This document shows, piece by piece, positions 17,423-27,233 of a stretch of 64,000 nucleotides of DNA (its first letter is position 1; each line of letters opens with the position of its first letter). The notes under the pieces were generated by a model. That model had not been told where the DNA came from. It ran no database searches and worked only from the letters and a program-made list of their open reading frames with translations. The translations under genes and the position numbers were made by a program. Origin of the DNA: Gammaproteobacteria bacterium (GTDB taxonomy: Bacteria > Pseudomonadota > Gammaproteobacteria > Eutrophobiales > Eutrophobiaceae); NCBI GenBank assembly GCA_965221695.1, contig OZ244905.1, positions 2,240,001 to 2,304,000 on the forward strand, in the 5' to 3' direction.

Positions 17423-19696
17423 ATGGGTGAGACAGACAAGACATCGCTGTTGACTGACTTCAACTCTACCGCCGCAGAGAAGCACCGTTATTACCGCCAC
17501 CTGAAGGATGTCGCAATGCGCTACCTGATGGCGCTGGGCGGTATCAGCGTCATCATTGCGATAGTGCTTATCGCGTTTTACCTGATTTACGTGGTGTTGC
17601 CGATGTTCAAGCCACCGCACATTGAACAGGTTGCAAGCTACCCGGTCCCGGCGGACCTGAACACCGGGAGCTTGTATTACGCGCTGGAAGAACAGCGTGA
17701 AATCGGTCTGCGGGTGACCAACGACGGCCGTGTCGTGTTTTTCAATACACCGGACGGCAGCCTGGTACACCAGCAATTCCTCGCAGAACAGACCCAGGCC
17801 GAGTTCACCGCGTTCGCAGCAGGCGACCCGTCCCAGCGGCTTCTTGCTTTGGGTCTCGAGGACGGCAGCGTATTGCTCGCGACACACGAGTACCATGTCA
17901 GCTACCCGAATGACGTTCGTGTCATTTCCCCGGGGATAGACTGGCCCGCAGGCAAGACGCCGCTGAAAATCGACGAGTCGGACAGGGCAATTACGCTGAT
18001 TGCCGCGCAGTCGGATGATGATCAGACAACCATTGCCGCGCTGACGGAAGACCAACGGCTGTTGCTGATGAACATCGCAAAGGAGGAATCGTTATTCAGC
18101 GATGACGCGGAAACCATTGTCACGAAGAGTCAAATTCCGGTCGCAGGCCACGTCAGTTTCCTGTTAATGGATGTGGAACACAGAGAATTGTACGTCGCAG
18201 AACAACGCGGGTTGATTTCCTATTACGATATCAGTGACAAGGCAGAACCCGAACTGGTGCAACGGGTGCAGGCGGTCAACGCACCGGCGGAGATTACCAG
18301 CCTGTCGTTTCTCAGTGGCGGTATTTCCATCCTGGTGGGCGATTCTGATGGAAATATCGTCCAGTGGTTTCCCGTTCGCGATGCGGAAAATAACTACACA
18401 CTGGAAAAAATACGCGGTTTTGATTCACAATCGGCGCGCATCACCGCCATTGCGCCGGAATACTTCAGGAAGGGTTTCCTCGCGGTAGACGATACCGGCT
18501 ACCTGGGCATTTATCACACCACTGCGCATCGCACTGTGGAGCTGGAAAAAATCAATGACAACAGGCTGACGCAACTGGCCATAGCCCCACGCGCCAATGC
18601 GATGCTGGTGGAAGATGCAACCGGTACGCTGCAATTCTGGGAAATAGACAACGAGCACCCCGAAATTTCCTGGTCCTCCATCAGGGGTGAGATCTGGTAC
18701 GAGAGCCGGGACAAGCCGGAGTATATCTGGCAGTCGTCCTCCGCAAGCAGTGATTTCGAACCGAAATTCAGTCTGACCCCGCTGGCTTTCGGCACCCTGA
18801 AAGCTGCATTTTATGCGATGTTGTTTGCCATGCCTTTGGCCATCATGGGCGCCGTGTACACCGCGTATTTCATGTCGGCAAAAATGCGCGGGCTGGTCAA
18901 ACCGACCATCGAGATCATGGAAGCCCTGCCGACGGTAATACTCGGCTTTCTTGCCGGCCTGTGGTTTGCGCCGTTTGTCGAGCAGAACATGCCAGGCCTG
19001 TTTTTGTGTATGTTACTGTTGCCGGTGGGTGTGATAGCCGCCGCTTACTGCTGGAGCAGGCTGCCGGTGCAGTTTCGCCACCGGGTTCCGGAAGGCTGGG
19101 AGGCGGCGCTGCTCGTGCCCGTGATTATCGGCACGGCCGTTATCGCGTTCGCACTCAGCAAGCCGTTGGAGATAGCGTTGTTCGCGGGGAACATGCCGTT
19201 GTGGTTGACTGATGAACTCGGCATCACCTATGACCAGAGAAACTCCCTGGTGGTGGGCATTGCGATGGGTTTTGCCGTAATCCCGACAATTTTTTCCATC
19301 AGTGAAGATGCAGTTTACGGTGTGCCCAAACACCTGACGACAGGTTCACTGGCGCTGGGCGCGACGCCCTGGCAGACCGTGGTCAGGGTGGTGCTGCTGA
19401 CCGCCAGCCCGGGTATATTTTCTGCGATCATGATAGGCATGGGCAGGGCGGTCGGCGAGACCATGATCGTGCTGATGGCAACGGGAAATACCGCGATCAT
19501 GGACATGAATATCTTTGAGGGCTTCCGCGCCCTGTCAGCCAATATTGCGGTGGAGATGCCGGAATCCGAGGTCGGCAGTACCCACTATCGGATCCTGTTC
19601 CTGGCCGGGCTGGTGCTGTTCCTGGCGACATTCCTGTTCAACACCATCGCGGAAGTTGTCCGGCAGAGATTGCGCGTGAAATACAGTTCGTTATGA
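17423..19696 (+). CDS. pstC: phosphate ABC transporter permease PstC (long form)
   Basis: KPTIEIMEALPTV, SLALGAT.WQT, GRAVGETMIV. Confidence 0.93.
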   Translation: MGETDKTSLLTDFNSTAAEKHRYYRHLKDVAMRYLMALGGISVIIAIVLIAFYLIYVVLPMFKPPHIEQVASYPVPADLNTGSLYYALEEQREIGLRVTNDGRVVFFNTPDGSLVHQQFLAEQTQAEFTAFAAGDPSQRLLALGLEDGSVLLATHEYHVSYPNDVRVISPGIDWPAGKTPLKIDESDRAITLIAAQSDDDQTTIAALTEDQRLLLMNIAKEESLFSDDAETIVTKSQIPVAGHVSFLLMDVEHRELYVAEQRGLISYYDISDKAEPELVQRVQAVNAPAEITSLSFLSGGISILVGDSDGNIVQWFPVRDAENNYTLEKIRGFDSQSARITAIAPEYFRKGFLAVDDTGYLGIYHTTAHRTVELEKINDNRLTQLAIAPRANAMLVEDATGTLQFWEIDNEHPEISWSSIRGEIWYESRDKPEYIWQSSSASSDFEPKFSLTPLAFGTLKAAFYAMLFAMPLAIMGAVYTAYFMSAKMRGLVKPTIEIMEALPTVILGFLAGLWFAPFVEQNMPGLFLCMLLLPVGVIAAAYCWSRLPVQFRHRVPEGWEAALLVPVIIGTAVIAFALSKPLEIALFAGNMPLWLTDELGITYDQRNSLVVGIAMGFAVIPTIFSISEDAVYGVPKHLTTGSLALGATPWQTVVRVVLLTASPGIFSAIMIGMGRAVGETMIVLMATGNTAIMDMNIFEGFRALSANIAVEMPESEVGSTHYRILFLAGLVLFLATFLFNTIAEVVRQRLRVKYSSL

Positions 19697-21366
19697 AAAA
19701 ACAGGCCTCATTTTCAGGTTGGTTCAACAGCGGCGAACCCTACATCTGGCTGAATGCCGGCGCGGTCAGTCTGTCCATCATCATGGTCACCGGGCTGATC
19801 CTGTTGATCATGGTGCGCGGCCTGGGCCATTTCTGGCCGAGCAATGTTGCCGCGTTCGATTATACCGATAGCGACGGTTCAGTCATTCCGCTTGCCGGCG
19901 AATTAATCGATAACGAGTCAGTGCCGCGTGCCAGGTTGGGTGGGAATGACGACCGCATCCCGGCAGACCTTGATATTATCGAGCGGCGACTGGTGAAGAT
20001 TGGCAACCGGGATTACCTGGGTTTCGACTACCGCTGGGTGCTTGAGGTCGCAATGGAAAACCTGTCCTACCCGAAAGATATCCTGGTCATAGAGCGGTAT
20101 GAGTGGGGGAATTTCTATGGTTATCTTGAGGCCGTGAAGGAAAACGGCGAAGTAGTGAAAACCGGCTCGGACTGGGAGTCGTTCCAGCAATACCTTGCCG
20201 CGGGTCAGAAAATACTGGAGGAAATTCATCATATCGAGAAAAACCTGATCGGCGACATCAATTATCAGATGGAGCGCCTGCGCCTCCGGGAAAAGGGGCT
20301 GGCGTTGAAAGAGGAACCGGCGAACAGTCCTGTCTATGGGGAAATCGACGCACAGCGCGCCGCCCTGCAAACGGAGTACAACGGTTATATAGAGCGCCTT
20401 ACCCGGTTGTATGAACAACTGAACAAGGCCTCTTTCGTGGCGACGCTTGCCGATGGCCGGGAAGTCGAGCTCCCGTTTGCCAAGGTGGTTCGGGCGTACC
20501 GGCCAAATGCGATGAGTATCACGGAAAAGATACTGTTTTATCTGGAGAAAATCTGGGAATTCGTGTCCGGCGATCCGAGGGAGGCGAATACCGAAGGCGG
20601 CATTTTTCCGGCAATTTTCGGCACCGTGATGATGGTGATGATCATGGCAGTACTGGTGACACCGTTTGGCGTTGTTGCCGCGGTGTACTTGCGCGAGTAT
20701 GCCCGGCAAGGCCCGCTGACGCGGCTGATACGCATTGCCGTGAATAACCTCGCGGGCGTGCCCTCGGTCGTTTACGGTGTGTTCGGGCTGGGATTTTTCG
20801 TTTATTTCCTGGGCGGGACTATTGACGAGTTGTTCTTTCCCGAATCGCTGCCCGCACCCACCTTCGGCACCCCGGGCATATTATGGGCCTCGTTGACATT
20901 GGCCATATTGACGGTGCCGGTAGTCATCGTTTCCACGGAAGAAGGACTGGCGCGGGTGCCGCGGGCAATCCGCGAGGGCAGCCTGGCGTTAGGCGCCACC
21001 AAGGCCGAGACACTGTGGCGCACGGTCCTGCCCATGACGGCCTCGGCCATGATGACAGGGCTGATACTGGCTGTCGCCCGGGCCGCCGGTGAGGTTGCGC
21101 CATTGATGCTCGTCGGTGTGGTCAAGCTGGCCCCGTCCATGCCGCTGGACGGAAATTTCCCGTTCCTGCACCTGGACAGGAAGTTCATGCACCTGGGATT
21201 TCATATTTATGACGTGGGATTCCAGAGTCCGAACGTGGAGGCGGCCAGACCCCTGGTCTACGCGACGGCATTTTTGCTGATCCTGATAATAATCTGTTTA
21301 AACCTGACCGCGATTAAAATCCGTAATACACTACGGGAAAAGTATCGCGCGGCAGAGCAGCACTGA
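19693..21366 (+). CDS. pstA: phosphate ABC transporter permease PstA (long form)
   Basis: [31 protein letters not shown]. Confidence 0.93.
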   Translation: MKKQASFSGWFNSGEPYIWLNAGAVSLSIIMVTGLILLIMVRGLGHFWPSNVAAFDYTDSDGSVIPLAGELIDNESVPRARLGGNDDRIPADLDIIERRLVKIGNRDYLGFDYRWVLEVAMENLSYPKDILVIERYEWGNFYGYLEAVKENGEVVKTGSDWESFQQYLAAGQKILEEIHHIEKNLIGDINYQMERLRLREKGLALKEEPANSPVYGEIDAQRAALQTEYNGYIERLTRLYEQLNKASFVATLADGREVELPFAKVVRAYRPNAMSITEKILFYLEKIWEFVSGDPREANTEGGIFPAIFGTVMMVMIMAVLVTPFGVVAAVYLREYARQGPLTRLIRIAVNNLAGVPSVVYGVFGLGFFVYFLGGTIDELFFPESLPAPTFGTPGILWASLTLAILTVPVVIVSTEEGLARVPRAIREGSLALGATKAETLWRTVLPMTASAMMTGLILAVARAAGEVAPLMLVGVVKLAPSMPLDGNFPFLHLDRKFMHLGFHIYDVGFQSPNVEAARPLVYATAFLLILIIICLNLTAIKIRNTLREKYRAAEQH

Positions 21367-21382
21367 GCGGACAAGAACAAAC

Positions 21383-22237
21383 GTGAACGATCCAACCAAC
21401 CCGGACAGAACAGCAACGACGACTCACGGCGTGAATATCGGCGCGCTGACCGGGCAGGTGGAAAAACTGTCTCTGGCTGAAGAAAACCCCTGTATAAAGG
21501 TCAACGGTTTCAACCTGTACTATGGAGATAAACAGGCGCTGAAGGATATCACCCTCGTGGTTCCCGAGAAAAAGGTCACGGCATTCATAGGGCCCAGCGG
21601 GTGCGGCAAGTCAACCCTGCTGCGTTCATTTAACCGGATGAATGACCTGATCGATATTGTACGCACCGATGGTGATATCTGGATTAACGGAGAGGATATC
21701 TTTGCCAAATCGGTGAACGTGGCCGAACTCAGGCGAAAAGTCGGCATGGTCTTTCAGAAACCCAACCCGTTTCCGAAGTCCGTCTATGAAAATGTAGCCT
21801 ACGGACTGCGCATACAGGGCATCAACGACCGGAGGACACTGGATGCCGCAGTGGAAAGGTCCCTGAAAGACGCGGCGTTGTGGGATGAAGTCAAGGACAG
21901 GCTTGACGATAATGCGTTGGGTCTCTCCGGCGGTCAGGCCCAGCGCCTGGTTATTGCCCGAGCGATAGCCATCGAACCGGAAATACTCCTGTTGGATGAG
22001 CCTTGTTCCGCGCTGGATCCGATCTCCACGCTTAAAGTCGAAGAACTGATCTACCAGCTAAAGGCCAACTATACTATCGTAATTGTGACCCACAACATGC
22101 AGCAAGCGGCCAGGGTGTCCGACTATACGGCCTACATGTACCTGGGAGAGATGATCGAATTCAACGACACCAATACGCTGTTTACCAACCCGAGCGAGAA
22201 GATGACCGAAGACTATATTACCGGTCGTTACGGCTAG
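21383..22237 (+). CDS. pstB: phosphate ABC transporter ATP-binding protein
   Basis: [37 protein letters not shown]. Confidence 0.96.
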   Translation: MNDPTNPDRTATTTHGVNIGALTGQVEKLSLAEENPCIKVNGFNLYYGDKQALKDITLVVPEKKVTAFIGPSGCGKSTLLRSFNRMNDLIDIVRTDGDIWINGEDIFAKSVNVAELRRKVGMVFQKPNPFPKSVYENVAYGLRIQGINDRRTLDAAVERSLKDAALWDEVKDRLDDNALGLSGGQAQRLVIARAIAIEPEILLLDEPCSALDPISTLKVEELIYQLKANYTIVIVTHNMQQAARVSDYTAYMYLGEMIEFNDTNTLFTNPSEKMTEDYITGRYG

Positions 22238-22280
22238 CCTTCATGTTGCAACTTGGAGGCTAGCTCAACAGAGAGATACC

Positions 22281-22991
22281 ATGAGCAATGCAACCCAACA
22301 TATTTCCAGGCAATTCGATAATGAGTTGGAAACCATCCGGTCCGATGTGCTGGCTATGGGCGGCCTGGCCGAACGGCAGTTTTCTGATGCGCTACAGGCA
22401 TTGGCGAGTTTCGATGTCTCGCTTGCGGAGCAGATAATAGAAAGCGAGGTCAAGGTAAACTCCTGTGAGGTATCCATCGATGAGGAATGTATCACGCTGT
22501 TGGCGCGCCGGCAGCCGGCGGCCGGTGACCTGCGTTTTGTGATGGCGGTAATTAAGACCATCACCGACCTGGAACGCATTGGTGACGAAGCAGACAAGAT
22601 CGCCAAGATGACCATCAGCCTGGCGGAGAAGTCAGGCCCGCGTTCCCATTATATCGGGATCAATGCAATGGGCGTTTTCGTCAGGGATATGGTTCGCGAT
22701 GCGCTGAACGCGTTTGCCCGGATGGACAGCCAGGGCGCGCTTGCCACTGCCGGGAAGGAACCGGAATCAGACGAACAGTACGGCGCGATACTGCGACAAC
22801 TGGTTACCTACATGATGGAGGACCCGCGCAGCATCAGCAGTGTCATGGACGCGATCTGGGTAGCCCGGGCGCTGGAGCGCATTGCCGACCATGCGCGCAA
22901 TATCTGCGAATATGTCATCTATTTCGTTGAAGGCAAGGATGTGCGCCATATCAGCATAGAACAGATGGAAGACACGATCAGGAACCGCTGA
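22281..22991 (+). CDS. phoU: phosphate signalling protein PhoU
   Basis: RRQPAAGDLR, DLERIGD, LERIADHA.NI.E. Confidence 0.96.
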   Translation: MSNATQHISRQFDNELETIRSDVLAMGGLAERQFSDALQALASFDVSLAEQIIESEVKVNSCEVSIDEECITLLARRQPAAGDLRFVMAVIKTITDLERIGDEADKIAKMTISLAEKSGPRSHYIGINAMGVFVRDMVRDALNAFARMDSQGALATAGKEPESDEQYGAILRQLVTYMMEDPRSISSVMDAIWVARALERIADHARNICEYVIYFVEGKDVRHISIEQMEDTIRNR

Positions 22992-23003
22992 CCCCGTTCA
23001 CCG

Positions 23004-23480
23004 TCAGCCCGAATCGGCCACGAGCAGTTGTTCAACGACCGTCATTCTCTCACGTATGGCAGTCTGGCTATCTTGCATGACGTTAATCTGCTGCGTCAAG
23101 TCGCCACGGACTTCGTTGATCTGTTGCGTCAGTTCGCCACGGACTTCGTTGATCTGTTGCGTCAGTTCGCCGCGGACTTCGTTTATCTGTTGCGTCAGTT
23201 CGCTGCGGACCTCTTTGATTTGTTGCGTCAGGTCAGTGCGGACTTCGTTTATCTGTTGCTGTAAAATATTGAACTGCTGCTGAGTGGTAGCGCTCTGTTG
23301 TGTCAGGTCAGTGCGGACTTCACTGATTTGCTGGGCAAGGAAAGTGAGGTAGGCAAACATCATGGTAACCACGATGGCCGCACTCCACTTCAACACGCGC
23401 ACTTCCCCGGATAGACGCCCCAACTCACGTGCGCCTTCGAGGTCCCGCACTGTTATAACCGTGTTTTCGATATTCATCAT
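23004..23480 (-). CDS. single-pass membrane coiled-coil protein with 11-residue repeats
   Basis: TM segment WSAAIVVTMMFAYLTFL followed by QQINEVRGELT-type repeats; RBS AAGGAGA. Confidence 0.75.
   Translation of the reverse strand: MMNIENTVITVRDLEGARELGRLSGEVRVLKWSAAIVVTMMFAYLTFLAQQISEVRTDLTQQSATTQQQFNILQQQINEVRTDLTQQIKEVRSELTQQINEVRGELTQQINEVRGELTQQINEVRGDLTQQINVMQDSQTAIRERMTVVEQLLVADSG
23082..23260 (-). repeat. 33-bp coding tandem repeat (~5.5 units)
   Basis: ttcgttgatctgttgcgtcagttcgccacggac units. Confidence 0.9.
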
Positions 23481-23587
23481 TGTTCTCCTTTATTCGTTTC
23501 CATCACAGGTCGTATGGCAAGGCCAGTCTATGATGGCTGGCGAACCCTGTCAAGGACTGGACCCTGGATTATGAATTTGAACATTAT

Positions 23588-23615
23588 TTGACAGTATACG
23601 CATATTGCGTATAAT
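23588..23615 (+). promoter_or_regulatory. sigma70 promoter overlapped by a palindromic operator
   Basis: TTGACA (23588) - 16 nt - TATAAT (23610); inverted repeat TATACGCA-tat-TGCGTATA at 23595-23613. Confidence 0.85.
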
Positions 23616-23618
23616 CAC

Positions 23619-23690
23619 ACTATTGAAGAAAAACGCAGACTGAAGCAGATGCTGCAGGCAGAGCTGGCCGCCAGGAGAAAACCGCAATGA
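23619..23690 (+). pseudogene. C-terminal remnant of a RelE/HigB2-type toxin
   Basis: TIEEKRRLKQMLQAELAARRKPQ*, stop overlapping the antitoxin ATG (ATGA). Confidence 0.65.
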
Positions 23691-24007
23691 ACAAGAAACG
23701 TAAGCTGTTTGATGAACTTATTCAGGGCATTGAAGACATACGCGCATATCGTGAAGGGAAAATCACGTTACGAACCCATACGGTACAAGACTTGCCGCCG
23801 CTGTCGATTGACGCGGGCTTAATCCGGCAGACCCGGGAACAACTCAACGTGTCACGGGCGGTGTTTGCCCGCCATATTCGCGTCTCTGTACGAACTCTGG
23901 AAAACTGGGAGCAGGGACGGGCAAAGCCGAACACGCAGGCTGCTGCATTGATTATGCTGGTTCGACAATACCCCGATACGTTACAAAAACTCCACTCTTT
24001 GGCTTAA
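23687..24007 (+). CDS. XRE-family HTH antitoxin (HigA2/NadS-like)
   Basis: LFDELIQG.EDI, VSRAVFA, RTLENWEQGRAKPN. Confidence 0.88.
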   Translation: MNKKRKLFDELIQGIEDIRAYREGKITLRTHTVQDLPPLSIDAGLIRQTREQLNVSRAVFARHIRVSVRTLENWEQGRAKPNTQAAALIMLVRQYPDTLQKLHSLA

Positions 24008-24316
24008 GGTCCGCGGCAGGATTGGGTCGGGCCTGTCAAACTGTTTATTTCTTGGCAGTTTATTAGCTATCCGAACGGCAATTGTTTCCTGGGTGATGCT
24101 ATTGGCACAGATTGTGTGTCAGCCATCGCTTCGCCATACCGCGCGACGGATTATTCAGGACGCCCTGACACCTATATTAATATGGGGAACAGCGATATAT
24201 TTCGCGAGAAAGCATCGCAGCCTATGCAGAGAGCTTAAATTAGGCTGGGGTACCTGTTAAACTGCATGTCTAAGCTGGGGTTTCTCATGGTGGTGAATAT
24301 TTTGCACCCTGTGCCG

Positions 24317-24397
24317 ATGCTGAACAAAGCCAGTTTAATCCTGCTCCGGCATGCCAAGTCCGATAGGTACAGCGGAGTTTCGGGCGATTTTGAATGA
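24317..24397 (+). pseudogene. SixA-like histidine phosphatase N-terminal fragment
   Basis: MLNKASLILLRHAKSDRYSGVSGDFE*; stop falls where the conserved R of D.ER.L is expected. Confidence 0.6.
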
Positions 24398-24430
24398 ATA
24401 CCATATAAATATGAAAAGGGGAACCGGGTA

Positions 24431-25246
24431 ATGTCATGGTGGGGGACCCTGGCCGGCGGGGCCTTTGGTTTCATGCTGGGTGGCCCTATCGGCGCGGTGC
24501 TGGGCGCCGCGGTCGGACGCAATTTTGACAAGGGGCTGAGCGGCAACTTTGAACAGCCCGGGAGCAGGCGCAGCGCCGGCCAGTCGGGCGGTTTGCCGCG
24601 CGGCCACCAGTTCCGAATTCAGGCAGCCTTTTTTACCGCGGTCTTCTCCGCGATGGGCCATATCAGCAAGGCGGACGGCAGGGTCACAAGGGATGAAATC
24701 CGCATGGCCAACCGCGTTATGGAGGACATGGACCTTACACCCCAGCAACGTGACGCGGCAAAAGCCCTGTTCAATGAAGGCAAGCAAGATAACTTCGACC
24801 TCCATGCCGTGCTCAGTCAGTTCCGCAGGGAGATCGGCAGGCGCACGAACTTGCAGCGGATGTTTATTGAAATCCTGTGTTATGCCGCGTATGCCGATGG
24901 CGTGCTGCACCCCGAGGAAAATCACCTGTTGCGCCTGGTCTGCGATGAAATCGGCTACTCCGGCTACGAACTGGACTCCATCCTGGCGTCGTTATCCGCC
25001 GAGCTGCACCATCGCCGCGGCAGTGGCGGACGGATCTCACTGGACGATGCCTATGGGGTGCTGAACATCACGCAAGATGCCGGCGACGCCGAAGTGAAAA
25101 AAGCCTACCGCCGGTTGATGAGTCAGCACCACCCGGACAAGCTGGTCGCAAAAGGTCTGCCGGAAGAAATGATGAAAATCGCCACCCAGCGTACCCACGA
25201 GATTCGTCAGGCCTACGAACGCATTAAAGAGCACCGGGGTTTTTAA
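24431..25246 (+). CDS. djlA: co-chaperone DjlA
   Basis: N-terminal GG..G TM, KADGRV, TerB-like core, J-domain HHPDKL. Confidence 0.94.
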   Translation: MSWWGTLAGGAFGFMLGGPIGAVLGAAVGRNFDKGLSGNFEQPGSRRSAGQSGGLPRGHQFRIQAAFFTAVFSAMGHISKADGRVTRDEIRMANRVMEDMDLTPQQRDAAKALFNEGKQDNFDLHAVLSQFRREIGRRTNLQRMFIEILCYAAYADGVLHPEENHLLRLVCDEIGYSGYELDSILASLSAELHHRRGSGGRISLDDAYGVLNITQDAGDAEVKKAYRRLMSQHHPDKLVAKGLPEEMMKIATQRTHEIRQAYERIKEHRGF

Positions 25247-25280
25247 CCTCTTCCCGACCCGCTGAACATGTCAAAATTAA

Positions 25281-25431
25281 GGAAACTCTGAACAAGTCCA
25301 TCCTGGACTTGTCAGAGTACGGAAAACAAAAATGCGATTTTTGTTTTCCTCACAATATCAATGCCTTACAGTCATTGATATTGACGATACATCCTTGTAT
25401 CGTAGGAACCTCTGACTTAATCAGAGGTTCC
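25281..25431. mobile_element. MITE, IS5-like ends, TTAA-flanked (family C, longest copy)
   Basis: TTAA-GGAAACTCTGA...TCAGAGGTTCC-TTAA with internal palindromes. Confidence 0.75.
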
Positions 25432-25454
25432 TTAAGTTGAAAGAGTACTATCGC

Positions 25455-25595
25455 CCTTTCCCGTGAACCCCCCCGTTTTCACGGGGACAGACTAAGGATC
25501 CGGTAATCTAAAGAGTCGCTCCCCGTTTTCGCGGGGCAAGCTCTGCCGGCGACACACTGTTCTACTGGGCTTCCGTGTTCCCGGGAGTGGCAAGG
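25455..25595. repeat. degenerate REP family A copy with nested CCCCGTTTTCRCGGGG hairpins
   Basis: Two ccccgttttc(a/g)cgggg hairpins, then ggcgacacactgttctactgggc. Confidence 0.55.
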
Positions 25596-25639
25596 AGGTA
25601 TGTTTTGGTTTATCCAAATCGGTTGCCCTTCTGGCTTGT

Positions 25640-25731
25640 ACTTACAAAATCAATGATATAAAGCCATTGATCTTAACGGCATATCACTGTACCGTTTGAA
25701 CCTTTCACTAAATCAGACAGAGGTTTCTTAA
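25640..25731. repeat. degenerate right half of the family C MITE
   Basis: atcaatg..cattgat palindrome and terminal cagaggtttcttaa. Confidence 0.55.
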
Positions 25732-25735
25732 AGAA

Positions 25736-27202
25736 ATGCGCAAGTCATCCGTTTGTCCCGGCGGTATCCTGGTCGGCATACTTTTTTTTATGACGCCCGT
25801 TTCCGCTTTGGCGGCCGTTTCCAGCGGCCGTGCTGAAGGGTTGAACCTGACCGGTCATTGGGCGGGAATAGCCGCGCTGATTGTCTTCATTATTACCTAT
25901 TGTCTGATTATCAGCGAAGAACATATACGCCTGCGCAAATCAAAACCCTCAATCGTTGCGGCAGGCATAATCTGGGCGCTGGTTGCTGTGGCTTATGTTC
26001 AGCACGGTCAGGAGAGTTTCAGCGAAGCGGCTTTGAGCCACAGTCTGCTTGAGTTTGTCGAACTGTTTTTATTCCTGCTGGCTGCCATGACTTATATCAA
26101 CACCATGGACGAGCGGGGGGTGTTCGCGGTGCTGCGCGCCTGGCTGATTACCCGGCAATTTACCTTGCGCCAGTTGTTCTGGATTACCGGGCTGATTTCC
26201 TTTGTGCTGTCGCCGATCATCGACAACCTGACAACTGCCTTGTTGATGGCCACGGTGATTGTCGCAGTGGGGGGCGATAACAAACGTTTTGTTGCTATCG
26301 GTTGCATCAATATCGTCGTTGCCGCTAACGCCGGTGGCGCGTTCAGCCCGTTCGGCGATATTACGACCTTGATGGTCTGGCAACAAAAACTGGTCGAATT
26401 TCATGAGTTTTTTGCCTTGTTTATTCCGTCACTGGTCGGATGGTTGGTAACGGCGGGCATCATGTGTTTTGCAGTCAGCAAGGAGCGACCGGCAGCCCTT
26501 GAAGAAAAAGCAAGTCTCAAGTATGGCGCCTGGATTGTCATCGTATTGTTCCTGTTGACCATAGCCATGGCTGTTTCTTTCCATAACTTTCTGCACCTGC
26601 CGCCGGTACTGGGCATGATGACTGGTTTGGGGCTGTTGAAATTGTTCGGTTATTTCCTGCAAAGGCGCGGCCACTTGCGGATGGAAGCAGAGAATGTAAT
26701 GAATTTGAGTAACGATCAGCTTTCTGCCACGGCCGGGTTGCACGACGACGGTAATTCTTATGATATTTATCAGAATCTGCAGCGCGTAGAATGGGATACG
26801 CTAATGTTTTTCTACGGGATCATCCTGTGTGTGGGCGGGCTCGGCGCGCTCGGTTACATGGCTGTCGTATCTGAATTTTTCTATGTGGATCTGGGACCGA
26901 CTTACGCCAATATCTTTGTCGGCTTTGCCTCGGCCCTGATCGATAACATACCCGTAATGTTCGCGGTGCTGGAGATGCATCCGGAGATGAGCCACGGACA
27001 GTGGCTGCTGGTTACGCTGACAGCAGGGATAGGCGGCTCCATGCTCTCTATAGGTTCAGCGGCCGGAGTCGCGGTAATGGGGCAGGCCAGAGGAGTGTAT
27101 ACCTTTTTTGCGCATTTCAAGTGGTCCTGGGCGATCCTGCTTGGTTATATCGTTAGCATCTGGCTGCATTTCATCATCAATGCTGACACTTTTCTGGTCT
27201 GA
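25736..27202 (+). CDS. nhaD: Na+/H+ antiporter NhaD
   Basis: LRKSKP, SPIIDNLTTAL, ANAGGAFSPFGDITT, GGSMLSIGSAAGV. Confidence 0.92.
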   Translation: MRKSSVCPGGILVGILFFMTPVSALAAVSSGRAEGLNLTGHWAGIAALIVFIITYCLIISEEHIRLRKSKPSIVAAGIIWALVAVAYVQHGQESFSEAALSHSLLEFVELFLFLLAAMTYINTMDERGVFAVLRAWLITRQFTLRQLFWITGLISFVLSPIIDNLTTALLMATVIVAVGGDNKRFVAIGCINIVVAANAGGAFSPFGDITTLMVWQQKLVEFHEFFALFIPSLVGWLVTAGIMCFAVSKERPAALEEKASLKYGAWIVIVLFLLTIAMAVSFHNFLHLPPVLGMMTGLGLLKLFGYFLQRRGHLRMEAENVMNLSNDQLSATAGLHDDGNSYDIYQNLQRVEWDTLMFFYGIILCVGGLGALGYMAVVSEFFYVDLGPTYANIFVGFASALIDNIPVMFAVLEMHPEMSHGQWLLVTLTAGIGGSMLSIGSAAGVAVMGQARGVYTFFAHFKWSWAILLGYIVSIWLHFIINADTFLV

Positions 27203-27233
27203 TAACATACGCGACGATGAGTTGGAATATCTG

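Noticed and set aside
17423-21366. Unusually long PstC (757 aa) and PstA (557 aa) as novel fusions
   Set aside because: Long forms with large soluble domains are already known from Pseudomonas-type pst operons
23082-23260. Non-coding repeat array
   Set aside because: The 33-bp period is in frame within an ORF that has an RBS and a TM helix
23545-24040. Inverted GG.C.GACCC motifs flanking the antitoxin cassette as mobile-element ends
   Set aside because: The match is short and imperfect and could be chance
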